A DNA stretch of 54,675 nucleotides from the IMG/VR virus record IMGVR_UViG_3300023199_000165, positions 1 to 54,675 of that record, one strand, 5' to 3'. This DNA is from a virus. Its lineage: Duplodnaviria; Caudoviricetes. The position numbers and the translations under genes are program-made. Shown here in pieces: positions 1 through 8,800 of this stretch. How positions within the stretch are numbered: the stretch's first letter is position 1; every line of letters begins with the position of its first letter. Under the pieces are notes generated by a model. That model was not told where the DNA came from, searched no databases, and saw only the letters and a list, made by a program, of their open reading frames with translations.

Positions 1-1834
1 CAAAATCTTCAGAATCCCCTAAATCAGAATCCCCTAAATCAGAATCCCCTAAATCAGAATCCCCTAAATCGGAATCTCCTAAATCAGAATCAAGATCGTC
101 TTCTAATGATAGCATATCTTCGCCCATAGCTTCTTTAACTAGTTCACGCCTTTTTAAAGCTCGTGATTGTAAAAGTTGCTCAAGCATATCAGTTGCCTTC
201 TTATCCTTTTTCTTACTCTCTTTCTCTTCCTTCTCATCTTTATCTTCTTTCTTTTTCTTATCCTTTTTCTTATCTTCTTTTTTATCATCTTCTTCTTCTT
301 CTTTTTTCTTTCCAGCAGCTTCTAGAACTAATGAAGCCTTTTTCTGAAGAGACCTATAATCTTTAATTGCTTCTGAAGAAAGCTGTAGGAGTTGCGCAGT
401 AACTATATCACCTTTTGAAGAATTTTTACGGCCCTCAAGAGTTTCAGCAAGAACAGCAAGTTCATCAGCGCTTCTCTCAAGATCAGCAAATACTTCTACT
501 GCCTGCTCAAGAGTGTTGCCGTCATTTGCTTCCATTGCGGTAGCAGGAGCTGTTCCATCACAAGCACACTGGGCTTTTTTACATTTCTCGCAAAGCTTTT
601 CATCCTTTTCCTCTTTCTCTTCATCATCTTTATCATCTTCGTCCTTATCTTTTGCGGCCATAGGAGATGGCAATTCTCCTTCACCCTCGCCAGTTTCTTC
701 CTGCATAAGGTCTTTTAAATCACCAAGTGCTTTTTCAGCATCGGCTAGATGACTATCTAAAGAAGAAATGACAGAATCTACTGGATTTGAAGCACCTTCT
801 TCAAGTTCATCTGCTGATGGACCTTCATCTTCTGCTGGCGGAGGTGTTGGTAGAGAGTCTCCACCAGGAGCACCGCCACCCATTTCTGGCATTCCCACAT
901 CAGGCATTCCAGGCTCAGCAGTTTTAAATAAAGGCTGTCCAGTTAAAAGATAAGCGACCTTATTAAGACCTTTTGAACGAACAGCTGCTAATAGGTTTTT
1001 ACCATATTCTCTACTGTAAAGATTATTCCATCTTTTTTCCAACTCATCTTCAAAAATTTGCTCACCAGTTGCTTCAAGAATTTTTTGGTCGTTAGCAAGA
1101 ACAACCCATTTTGAAGCTTTTTTGTTGATTACTTTTTGATCAGCATCGTGGAAAGCAAGCTTAAATACAGCTTTTAGATTGGCACGAAGTAGTTTCTTTT
1201 TAAGAGCTTCTTCATTACCATAGCTTTGATAACCGGGATGCATACCATCATTACCTGGCTCCATTCCTTGACCTTCCATTTGCTTATCACCATTGGTTTT
1301 TAGGTTATTATTTGTTGGGTCAACTGGATATGGAGTTGCTGAAGGATCATTAATTCCCCCACCTCCAAGATGGTAGGCATTTTTTACAGAACTTGATGCC
1401 AATCCTAGAAGCTCTTTATACTCTTCTGGAAGTTCATCACTGGCATTTGATTCTGTAACTTTTTTAACACCATCATCAGTATCAATGTAAGTGTTTCCCT
1501 GCATATCTTTGTAGGTCTTACCACCTTCAGCCTGTGAAAGAAGTGCATGGCGACGCATTTTGCGTTCGTTTAATTCGGCACGAGAGAGCATTTTTTTTAG
1601 TTCTAACTCAGAACGACCAAAACTCTCGTATCCAGGGTGTAGACCATCATTGCCAGGTTCCATCCCCTGACCTTCCATTTGTTTATCACCCTTTGTTTTT
1701 AATTGATCATTTATTGGATCAACTGGGTATGGAGTAGTTGAAGGTTCATTTACTCCCCCGCCGCCTTGGTGGTATGCGGCCTTAAATAGTTCACGACGAG
1801 CTTTTGCTCGTTGCTGTAGCTTAGCATCAGACAT
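1..1834 (-). CDS. Putative nested scaffold protein from an internal in-frame start (MSDAKLQQRAKARR...)
   Basis: In-frame ATG at 1834 preceded by TAAGGAGGAG-AGCATA, a very strong SD inside the protease ORF. Confidence 0.6.
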   Translation of the reverse strand, partial: MSDAKLQQRAKARRELFKAAYHQGGGGVNEPSTTPYPVDPINDQLKTKGDKQMEGQGMEPGNDGLHPGYESFGRSELELKKMLSRAELNERKMRRHALLSQAEGGKTYKDMQGNTYIDTDDGVKKVTESNASDELPEEYKELLGLASSSVKNAYHLGGGGINDPSATPYPVDPTNNNLKTNGDKQMEGQGMEPGNDGMHPGYQSYGNEEALKKKLLRANLKAVFKLAFHDADQKVINKKASKWVVLANDQKILEATGEQIFEDELEKRWNNLYSREYGKNLLAAVRSKGLNKVAYLLTGQPLFKTAEPGMPDVGMPEMGGGAPGGDSLPTPPPAEDEGPSADELEEGASNPVDSVISSLDSHLADAEKALGDLKDLMQEETGEGEGELPSPMAAKDKDEDDKDDEEKEEKDEKLCEKCKKAQCACDGTAPATAMEANDGNTLEQAVEVFADLERSADELAVLAETLEGRKNSSKGDIVTAQLLQLSSEAIKDYRSLQKKASLVLEAAGKKKEEEEDDKKEDKKKDKKKKEDKDEKEEKESKKKDKKATDMLEQLLQSRALKRRELVKEAMGEDMLSLEDDLDSDLGDSDLGDSDLGDSDLGDSDLGDSEDF

Positions 1835-3154
1835 TATGCTCTCCTCCTTATTGATGTTAGCGTTTTTTTGAATACCATTTGCTAAATCATGGAGTGCAGT
1901 TTGCATGGTATCCAATTTATTTGTAATTTTTAAAATCTGTTCAGAAATGTCAGTAGCCAGCCTATTTCCCCTTCCCTCTGGAACCCAGTTTAGGTTTGGT
2001 CCAGCACTGTGAGGATCTTGAGCTATATCCCCCCTTCCTCCAGTCATAGCTAGATTTCCAGCAAGACCATAGGGAGGGACAACTTCCACTTCATCTTTTT
2101 TATCAGTTATTTCACTTAAAAGCTCATTATATTGCTTTTCTAAAATTTCTTTATTTTTCAGCTCGTCTTCTTTTTCAATTAAAGCACGAAGCCTGCTTAA
2201 TGTTTCAACTTCTTCACTATTAAATGCTTGTTTTTTAACAACATTTTCCAAAGAAGCCTTTAAAGTTATGATTTCATTTTCAATTCTTTCGAGTTCCCCT
2301 GGCGTTACGCAACCTGCTTTTTTAAGCTCTTCAATTCTATCACCTTTTTCTTGTGAGTATGAATTTAGGTGAGCAATTACTGTTCTTAGTTTAGCAAGTG
2401 GATCAGCACCAGTGACAACAAGGCTTAATTCAATTGGAGATAAATCAACGTTAATTTCTCCATAACAGGCTCTTTTTTGAACACAGGGACAATAATCTGC
2501 CTCAACTTGTGCAACATTTCCACATTCATAGCAGATTGACTTTCCTACGGCTGTTCCCATAGATACGCTATTAGCATAGCCAGTAGCAACTTTTCTGGCA
2601 AGATCAGGATAGTTTACTTTATCAAGAGCACATAAAGCAATTACTCTTTTAAACTTATCATCGTAATAAGTATCAACAATAATACCGCGAATGCCGTCTA
2701 CTGAGCTGCTCTGATGATCTTTACATAATGGGCGACCAATCCAATTTCTATATGCCTTTTTTAATTCTGACTCAGGAAATATATCACCATTATTGTTTTT
2801 ATATGGTTTTATATTTGAATCTGAACAATTCCATTTCCAAGAACCACTTTTATCGTCAATTTTCCATTCAGCAGTTATTGGTTTTCCAGAAGAGTCTTTT
2901 TTTATTTCACCCGTATTTTGGTCAATAAGAGCGGCGTTCGCCGAATGTAGCATTATTGCTGTAAAGTATAAAAAATCTTTTGCTTTTGGAGCAACGCGTC
3001 TTAAATTATTAGCGAACTTTACAAATCTTTCTCTAATTTCCAAATCACTGGCGGCAACAGAGCTGAGCAGAGCATCTTTAAAATCACTATTTGGGCTTGG
3101 AGGTGTATAATTATTTGAATTAATTAGTCCTGTAGCATATTTAACAATCGTCAT
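1..3154 (-). CDS. Prohead (maturation) protease-scaffold fusion, truncated at window edge (>1050 aa)
   Basis: Absent from the ORF track because it runs off the window. Manual translation from ATG 3154 (GGAG SD upstream) is open to base 1. N-terminal domain reads NNNGDIFPESELKKAYRNWIGRPLCKDH...VSMG...CYEC..YCPC..ELSLVVTGADPLA, like HK97/assemblin-fold phage prohead proteases (His in KDH, Ser in VSMG). It is followed by an acidic, low-complexity scaffold-like region. Confidence 0.8.
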   Translation of the reverse strand, partial: MTIVKYATGLINSNNYTPPSPNSDFKDALLSSVAASDLEIRERFVKFANNLRRVAPKAKDFLYFTAIMLHSANAALIDQNTGEIKKDSSGKPITAEWKIDDKSGSWKWNCSDSNIKPYKNNNGDIFPESELKKAYRNWIGRPLCKDHQSSSVDGIRGIIVDTYYDDKFKRVIALCALDKVNYPDLARKVATGYANSVSMGTAVGKSICYECGNVAQVEADYCPCVQKRACYGEINVDLSPIELSLVVTGADPLAKLRTVIAHLNSYSQEKGDRIEELKKAGCVTPGELERIENEIITLKASLENVVKKQAFNSEEVETLSRLRALIEKEDELKNKEILEKQYNELLSEITDKKDEVEVVPPYGLAGNLAMTGGRGDIAQDPHSAGPNLNWVPEGRGNRLATDISEQILKITNKLDTMQTALHDLANGIQKNANINKEESIMSDAKLQQRAKARRELFKAAYHQGGGGVNEPSTTPYPVDPINDQLKTKGDKQMEGQGMEPGNDGLHPGYESFGRSELELKKMLSRAELNERKMRRHALLSQAEGGKTYKDMQGNTYIDTDDGVKKVTESNASDELPEEYKELLGLASSSVKNAYHLGGGGINDPSATPYPVDPTNNNLKTNGDKQMEGQGMEPGNDGMHPGYQSYGNEEALKKKLLRANLKAVFKLAFHDADQKVINKKASKWVVLANDQKILEATGEQIFEDELEKRWNNLYSREYGKNLLAAVRSKGLNKVAYLLTGQPLFKTAEPGMPDVGMPEMGGGAPGGDSLPTPPPAEDEGPSADELEEGASNPVDSVISSLDSHLADAEKALGDLKDLMQEETGEGEGELPSPMAAKDKDEDDKDDEEKEEKDEKLCEKCKKAQCACDGTAPATAMEANDGNTLEQAVEVFADLERSADELAVLAETLEGRKNSSKGDIVTAQLLQLSSEAIKDYRSLQKKASLVLEAAGKKKEEEEDDKKEDKKKDKKKKEDKDEKEEKESKKKDKKATDMLEQLLQSRALKRRELVKEAMGEDMLSLEDDLDSDLGDSDLGDSDLGDSDLGDSDLGDSEDF
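11..85. repeat. 15-bp tandem repeat x5 (AGAATCCCCTAAATC), encoding (DLGDS)n in the scaffold
   Basis: Exact copies at 11, 26, 41 and 56; the copy at 71 has 2 mismatches. Confidence 0.95.
1217..1774 (-). repeat. Two 53-aa internal repeats in the scaffold (1616-1774 and 1217-1375)
   Basis: YHQGGGGVNEPSTTPYPVDPINDQLKTKGDKQMEGQGMEPGNDGLHPGYESFG versus YHLGGGGINDPSATPYPVDPTNNNLKTNGDKQMEGQGMEPGNDGMHPGYQSYG. Confidence 0.9.
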
Positions 3155-3210
3155 TTAAGTAATTCTCCACTAGTTTTATTAACCATGATTTATTTTTCCA
3201 ATTATGGCTT

Positions 3211-3885
3211 TTATTTAATCTTACAAGAGTTATATTTTTTTTCTTTACATACTTTATTTTTAATTTTATCTAAAGATTTAGCATATTTGTGAACTTTCTC
3301 TCCATAAGGCTTTATAGAAAAATGATGTTCGCCATCATATTCAATAGCCAAATTCACTTCAGGACACCATATATCTAATTCTAATGTATAATTAGTTTTT
3401 GGATTTCTAATTGTTCTTCTATCATTATATTTCCAAATCAAATTATTAAAATATGTTTTTAAAACTTTATAAATATATTTTTGAGGATAAGATTTTCCTC
3501 TATCAGAATGTCTGCCCGGTTTAATTTTTTTTTATAATAGGTTTTTTTAACTTTAATAGCACCTAATTTACTACACCTTTTAGAACAATATTTAGTTTTC
3601 TGTGTTGAAGAAAAACTATTTTCACATTCAATACAAGTAAAGGAGGTGGGAGGTTTTCTTCTACACGCATTATTTATTCTATATTTATTCCATCTCCAAC
3701 AGTTTTTACAATATTTTTGATTGGGGGCTTTTGGCTTATATTTGACTTCACATCTACAACATAATTTTTTTTTTATAACCAAAGCTGCCTTTACGCTCTC
3801 TTTGATAATGTTTATTACATAATTGTTTAACTTTATATCTTACTTTGTCTTTACAACCATTATATTTACAAATAATATGGCTCAT
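3211..3885 (-). pseudogene. Zn-finger + Vsr/PD-(D/E)xK-like homing endonuclease broken by two compensating poly-A frameshifts
   Basis: ATG 3885 gives MSHIICKYNGC..LCNKHYQR, which leaves frame at A10 (3765-3774). The middle Cys-rich piece (3459-3782) leaves frame at A9 (3525-3533). The last piece SYPQKYIYKVLK..LELDIWCPEVNLAIEYDGEHHF is back in the frame of the first. Confidence 0.7.
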
Positions 3886-3895
3886 CTGCTATTAA

Positions 3896-4042
3896 TTATT
3901 TCCCCTTTTTAATCTTTTTATCTTTGGGTTTTTCTTTCTCGGCCTCTTCAAGAACTTTTTTTATATTTTCATTAGGCATTCTTTTACCATCTTCAGGCAA
4001 AACTTCTTTTATTTTTCCTGTAGAATATTTAATAATTGCCAT
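3896..4042 (-). CDS. Small 48-aa protein (MAIIKYSTGKIKEVLPEDG...)
   Basis: GGAGG SD, ATG directly after the upstream TAA; below the ORF-track length cutoff. Confidence 0.65.
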   Translation of the reverse strand: MAIIKYSTGKIKEVLPEDGKRMPNENIKKVLEEAEKEKPKDKKIKKGK

Positions 4043-4672
4043 TTATGCCTCCAATATTTTTAAAATACGTGCCCTGCGAATAAATCTATTTTGTATATCA
4101 CTTCCTATTATCTGTTCCCGTCTTATTATATTTTGCTCAAAATGAGGTTTCAGTTGCTTATCAACTATGTTTTCCAAACTTTGTGATAACTCATCTAAAG
4201 TTTTTGAAGCATTTAATATTTTTGAAACCTGATCTTTATCATTAAAATCTTCAAATGCTTCTATAAACTCTTCAGCAAATTCTTTTAACTGCTGCATAGC
4301 ATCTTGAATTGTTGTTTTCAATTGACGAGTTTTTGTATCTTTTTCCAGAGGAGCTAATTTATGTATAATACCTTTACTTAATAGATTACCTCCATTATCC
4401 TTTTTTCCAGCAAAATATTGTATTAAATCGGTATATCTTTCTTTTGCCCCTCTCTGAAACCTTCGCAGTAAGTGTCTCTGCTCTTTTAAAGACGAAGAAT
4501 CAGCATCTGGTGTTTTTTCTAAGACATTTACTAATCTTAAATCTTGTTGTCTAACCGCCCAAAGCTTTTTTATAAAGTCAGAAAATGCCCTGGTTGCCTC
4601 TCTAGCTGCCTGTCTCTCTTCATCTGTTATGTCAGAAGAACGTTGAGCAGAATAAGAAAATTTATTAATCAT
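4043..4672 (-). CDS. Hypothetical helical protein, probably virion-associated
   Basis: ORF track 4043-4687; a better start is ATG 4672 (MINKFSY) behind GGAGGGG. Confidence 0.7.
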   Translation of the reverse strand: MINKFSYSAQRSSDITDEERQAAREATRAFSDFIKKLWAVRQQDLRLVNVLEKTPDADSSSLKEQRHLLRRFQRGAKERYTDLIQYFAGKKDNGGNLLSKGIIHKLAPLEKDTKTRQLKTTIQDAMQQLKEFAEEFIEAFEDFNDKDQVSKILNASKTLDELSQSLENIVDKQLKPHFEQNIIRREQIIGSDIQNRFIRRARILKILEA

Positions 4673-4751
4673 TACGCCCCTCCACACAATTTTACTATCA
4701 TTTTGTATAGATTAATATTAATAGATTTATACAGTTTTTCTATAGTGTTAA

Positions 4752-5843
4752 TCAATCAACCGTCCCGTAATTACTGAAAAAAGGTGGAAGGGTCATTCCC
4801 TGGTTCATATTCTCTAATATCCCATCCTCTCTTAAACCAATTGAATTGGCAGCAATATCTTCATCTAACATATTAACATTACTAGAGTTTTCTAACATAT
4901 TGTCTAATATATCTATTACGGTAGATGCCTCTTTGTGTAAGTTACCGTATGAAAGCTTAGTAGCCAGTTTAGTTAGAGTATGAATAACACTAGAAGTTTT
5001 TATATCTGCTGGTGGATCATTATGGTGAAATTTTCTATAATCATACCATTTTGTTCTGCCCTTATTTTTTTGTCTCTCTCTTTCCACTTCTTTTAAAGAT
5101 CGCTCCACTATTTTTTTTACTGTTTCTGTATATGGAGCTTCACCACTTTTTTTATGAACTTCATTAGGAATATCTTCATAATTTTTGCCATATATGTATT
5201 CATCTGGCGACGGCCGTACTTTTGAAACAACTGGCATATTTTTCTCTTTTGGATTATATCCTTTCGGTGCCGGAATAACTTGAACAAGTTCATCAATAGC
5301 CTTGCTCCTCGCATCATCAAAAAATCTTGAATTTTTAGCAAGTTGCTCTATCTTTCCCTGATCTTCTTCCATCTCATTTCTTTCATCTTCAGACATAAGA
5401 TCTAAATCATGATATTTTGGATCTACGGCTGCTCTATCTAAGTATGTCATATTAATTTGATCTATAATTTCTCCAGAAAGTGCGTGACCCAAAGTTGATT
5501 CAAACCCTTTTTCTTTCCAAGAGTTAATTAAAAATCTTTTGGCTTGTTCAGCAGTTGCTCTATTTGGATATAAAGCCTCAATGTCATCCCCAATGGATAA
5601 AAATGTCCAATCTCTTGTATCTCCTTGCGTCTCACTTCTGCGTAACATACAATCTCTAATTGCCTGCTGTAAATTACGCTTTTTAATTTGTTCAACTACT
5701 TTGTCAGCCAAACCTGAAGCTTCAAGCTTCGCTCTTAAACTATCATTACAAATTATATTAACAATTTGATCATCTTTCCACATAGCTGGATCTTCTGCTA
5801 TTGGAAGTGTATTCATAGCCCTCTTACTTAAAATATATTGCAT
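4752..5843 (-). CDS. Hypothetical head-associated protein with N-terminal ILSKRA and C-terminal helical tag
   Basis: 363 aa; begins MQYILSKRA-MNT; LTKLATKLSYGNLHKEASTVIDIL near the C-terminus. Confidence 0.7.
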   Translation of the reverse strand: MQYILSKRAMNTLPIAEDPAMWKDDQIVNIICNDSLRAKLEASGLADKVVEQIKKRNLQQAIRDCMLRRSETQGDTRDWTFLSIGDDIEALYPNRATAEQAKRFLINSWKEKGFESTLGHALSGEIIDQINMTYLDRAAVDPKYHDLDLMSEDERNEMEEDQGKIEQLAKNSRFFDDARSKAIDELVQVIPAPKGYNPKEKNMPVVSKVRPSPDEYIYGKNYEDIPNEVHKKSGEAPYTETVKKIVERSLKEVERERQKNKGRTKWYDYRKFHHNDPPADIKTSSVIHTLTKLATKLSYGNLHKEASTVIDILDNMLENSSNVNMLDEDIAANSIGLREDGILENMNQGMTLPPFFSNYGTVD

Positions 5844-5848
5844 TTTAA

Positions 5849-8800
5849 TTATCTTCCTCCTCCTCCCAGTGGTAGTGGAACAGACATAATTCCCATAGGG
5901 TTATTCCCAATTTCCGCGTGCCAAGGCTCATATGACTCCATAGTTGTCGCAAATGGCTTATCTGACGGTGTGACCGTCAAAGGAGTGCTTTTCCTTTCCT
6001 TTTTAAGTGCCTCAATGGTTGGAATATCCAGCTTTCCTGTTGGATTTAAATGTCTTTGAAGTTGCCATTTTGACAACTCAATTGCGAATTCTCTGCTATT
6101 GGGATCAAGTTTCAAAAAATCTTTATTTGCCGTTTTTATAAAAGATTTAGTGTTATTAGATAATGAGGCATTATGGATTGTAGCTTCCTCAATAGCATTA
6201 AAAGCAGAAACTATCTTATCTGAACAAAGAAGAGTTATTCCCTCTTTTAACATTTCTTTTTCGTTATTTAACAATACATTAGCAACAAACTTTAGGTTTG
6301 GCTCAGTCATAGGTTTATTTGGGAGAAATTTATCCCTTATATCACTTAAAACAGTTGATGCTTGAAGCAAAGAAGCCGTTGTTTGATCCAGCCTTGATTC
6401 AAAAGGCTTCTTAATAACATCAGAGCTTATTTTGTCTGCTAAATTAGCAATATTAACTATAGCCTGATTAAACTGTGCCTTTTCCTCTGGTAGCTTAAAT
6501 TTATAGATATTTGTTTTGTCGTTAAAAACTATATATAATTCTACTTTTCCAAAAAATTCAGCATATTCCTTGTTTTCATTAATCATTAAATGAACAGTTA
6601 ATTTGTCACCTGTAGATTTATTTCCAACTTCAGCAACATATCGGTTTTTCCAAATGTTTCCACTTAAACGTTGAAAAGATAATTTGTTTAATATATAATT
6701 AGGTATTAAACTACCCAACTCCTCTTCTGTTCCAAATGGATTTGATTTCGTATTTTCAATATCACCACTTATAAATGCATTAACATAAAGTGGAATGCTG
6801 TTAATAAGATCACTTACCGTTGCTCTATCCTCTGTTCTCAAGTGCCAAGTATTAACTGGATGACCATCTTGTTTATTATTAGATCTCCACATATCAAAAT
6901 CTTTTTTGAGCTTCTCTATGATTTCAAAAACATCTGATGAAACAGCTATATGATAAATACCACTAAAATTAGCATAACTTAAAATTACTTTAACATTGCG
7001 AATTGAGTTAGTTTCATCTTTAAAAGCCATATTAGCAACAACAAATTCTTTGGTACGGGTTTTTTCAGTTCTTATTATTGACCATTTAAAATCATTATCT
7101 TGATAAGAAAATACGCTCATTATATCCTCTATGCCTTCCGCTCTTTTTGAAAGAGAAGCATCTTTATATCCCAACTCCTCCGCTTTATCATAATAAACTA
7201 AATATTCATCTTCATATTCTTCATCTTCATATTCTTCATATTGATAATTACTTGGTAAGAAAGATTTTCTGTCCTTTGCGTTTATAGTAATAAGGCCAAG
7301 TTCTTCTGCCTGAGCCAAAAATTCTTTTCTATTTGAAATTACTCCTATCAATTCTACCTCTGGGTCTGATGGATTAAGCCATCCTTCTGTTCTTAAAGAC
7401 CCAGAATCCCCTGTATTTGAAATTCTTTTTCCAGTAATTTTGTCTACAAAAGAGCTATTATCACTTTCAGAAAAAGAGACAACAGGTCCTGAGAAAACAA
7501 GACCTAAAAATATTTTTCTAGATTGCTGAAATAAGAAGTCTTCATTTTTTGATACACATATTTCTTCATTTAAATTAGAAAATTTAGTTAAAATTTGTTT
7601 AAAATTATTTTTTACATTATATAAATCTTCATCTGTTAAACGATTAGTATTTATAATGTGTATCCAATTTCCTTCAACATTTTCGTAGTCAATAAACCTC
7701 TCTTTTATTCTAAAACTAACTTTACTTGTATTATATGAAGTATTATCAATATAAATATCATAAACATATTCATATTTATTTAAATAAGAGTTAAATTTTT
7801 CTCTTAAATTTGGATGCGTTGAGAAAATACGAGTAATTAATAGTTTTGTCATTTTAAAAGAGAATTCAACCGTTTCTTCATTGGCTAATCTTTTAATAAT
7901 ATCATCAGTGAAAATTTTTGAAAATTTATCAGTATTTATATTTGGATATATCTTATTTAAATTAAAATAGAAAAATTCTCTACTATTTTTGTTTAAAAGT
8001 TCTTGGGCTTTATTAAACCCTATATCATAATAATAATTATATAAATGATTAGAGAAAAAGTCAATGGGATAAATAGATTTCGCATATTGTTTTCCAAAAT
8101 CAGGATATTTTTCGTGTAATTTAAGTGTATTAAAGACCATATATATATCTTGATCTCGCCTATATTTATTTAAAATTGAATTTAAGGCATCTTCAGTAAA
8201 ATCTGGATGCTCGTAATCTTTGTTTTTTTGAAAAAACTCAAAAGGATGGTCTAATGCCATATACTTGGCTGTTTCTTTATCTTGAATGTAATTTTCTGAC
8301 CGTTTTGATAAAGACCCATAAACATTTTTTTGAAAAAATCCAATATAATTTAAATCTTCCCATTTATCAATGGCAAGAAAATCTTTAATACTTGCTTCTG
8401 TTGTTCCGTCATCTGTTTTTATAACAGCAAGACCGTTTATCGGAGCATTCCTGCTCATAAGAGCATTTTGTACTGCCTTTATAGAAAATGGAGTTTTATC
8501 TGGAAGATCAATGCCATATTGATTTCCCATAATACTCACTCTTGACCATACATCTAATATCTCTTTCTCTATTTTCTTTTTAATAGGGTCTGTAGTATTA
8601 TATTCAATAAAAGTAAATTCATTTTCATTCATAACTTTTGCTTGCTCAGGAGTTAAAAATTCGTTTAATTTTTTAGCAAGTTCTTGATAGTGACTAGAAC
8701 CAGAAGGAACATCTATTACCTCTCCTGTCTCTGTATTAACCCAAAAACCATCAATGTTCATAGCCGTTTTAGAGTAGAGACAAGAAGATGAAATCTTTGG

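Noticed and set aside
11-85. CRISPR array from the 15-bp repeats
   Set aside because: The repeats are contiguous with no spacers and encode DLGDS in frame. No cas genes are visible.
7154-8296. ADP-ribosyltransferase-like domain in the 1581-aa protein (WIHI..CVS..TEGW)
   Set aside because: Only a vague H/S/E spacing resemblance; not supportable without a profile or structure search.
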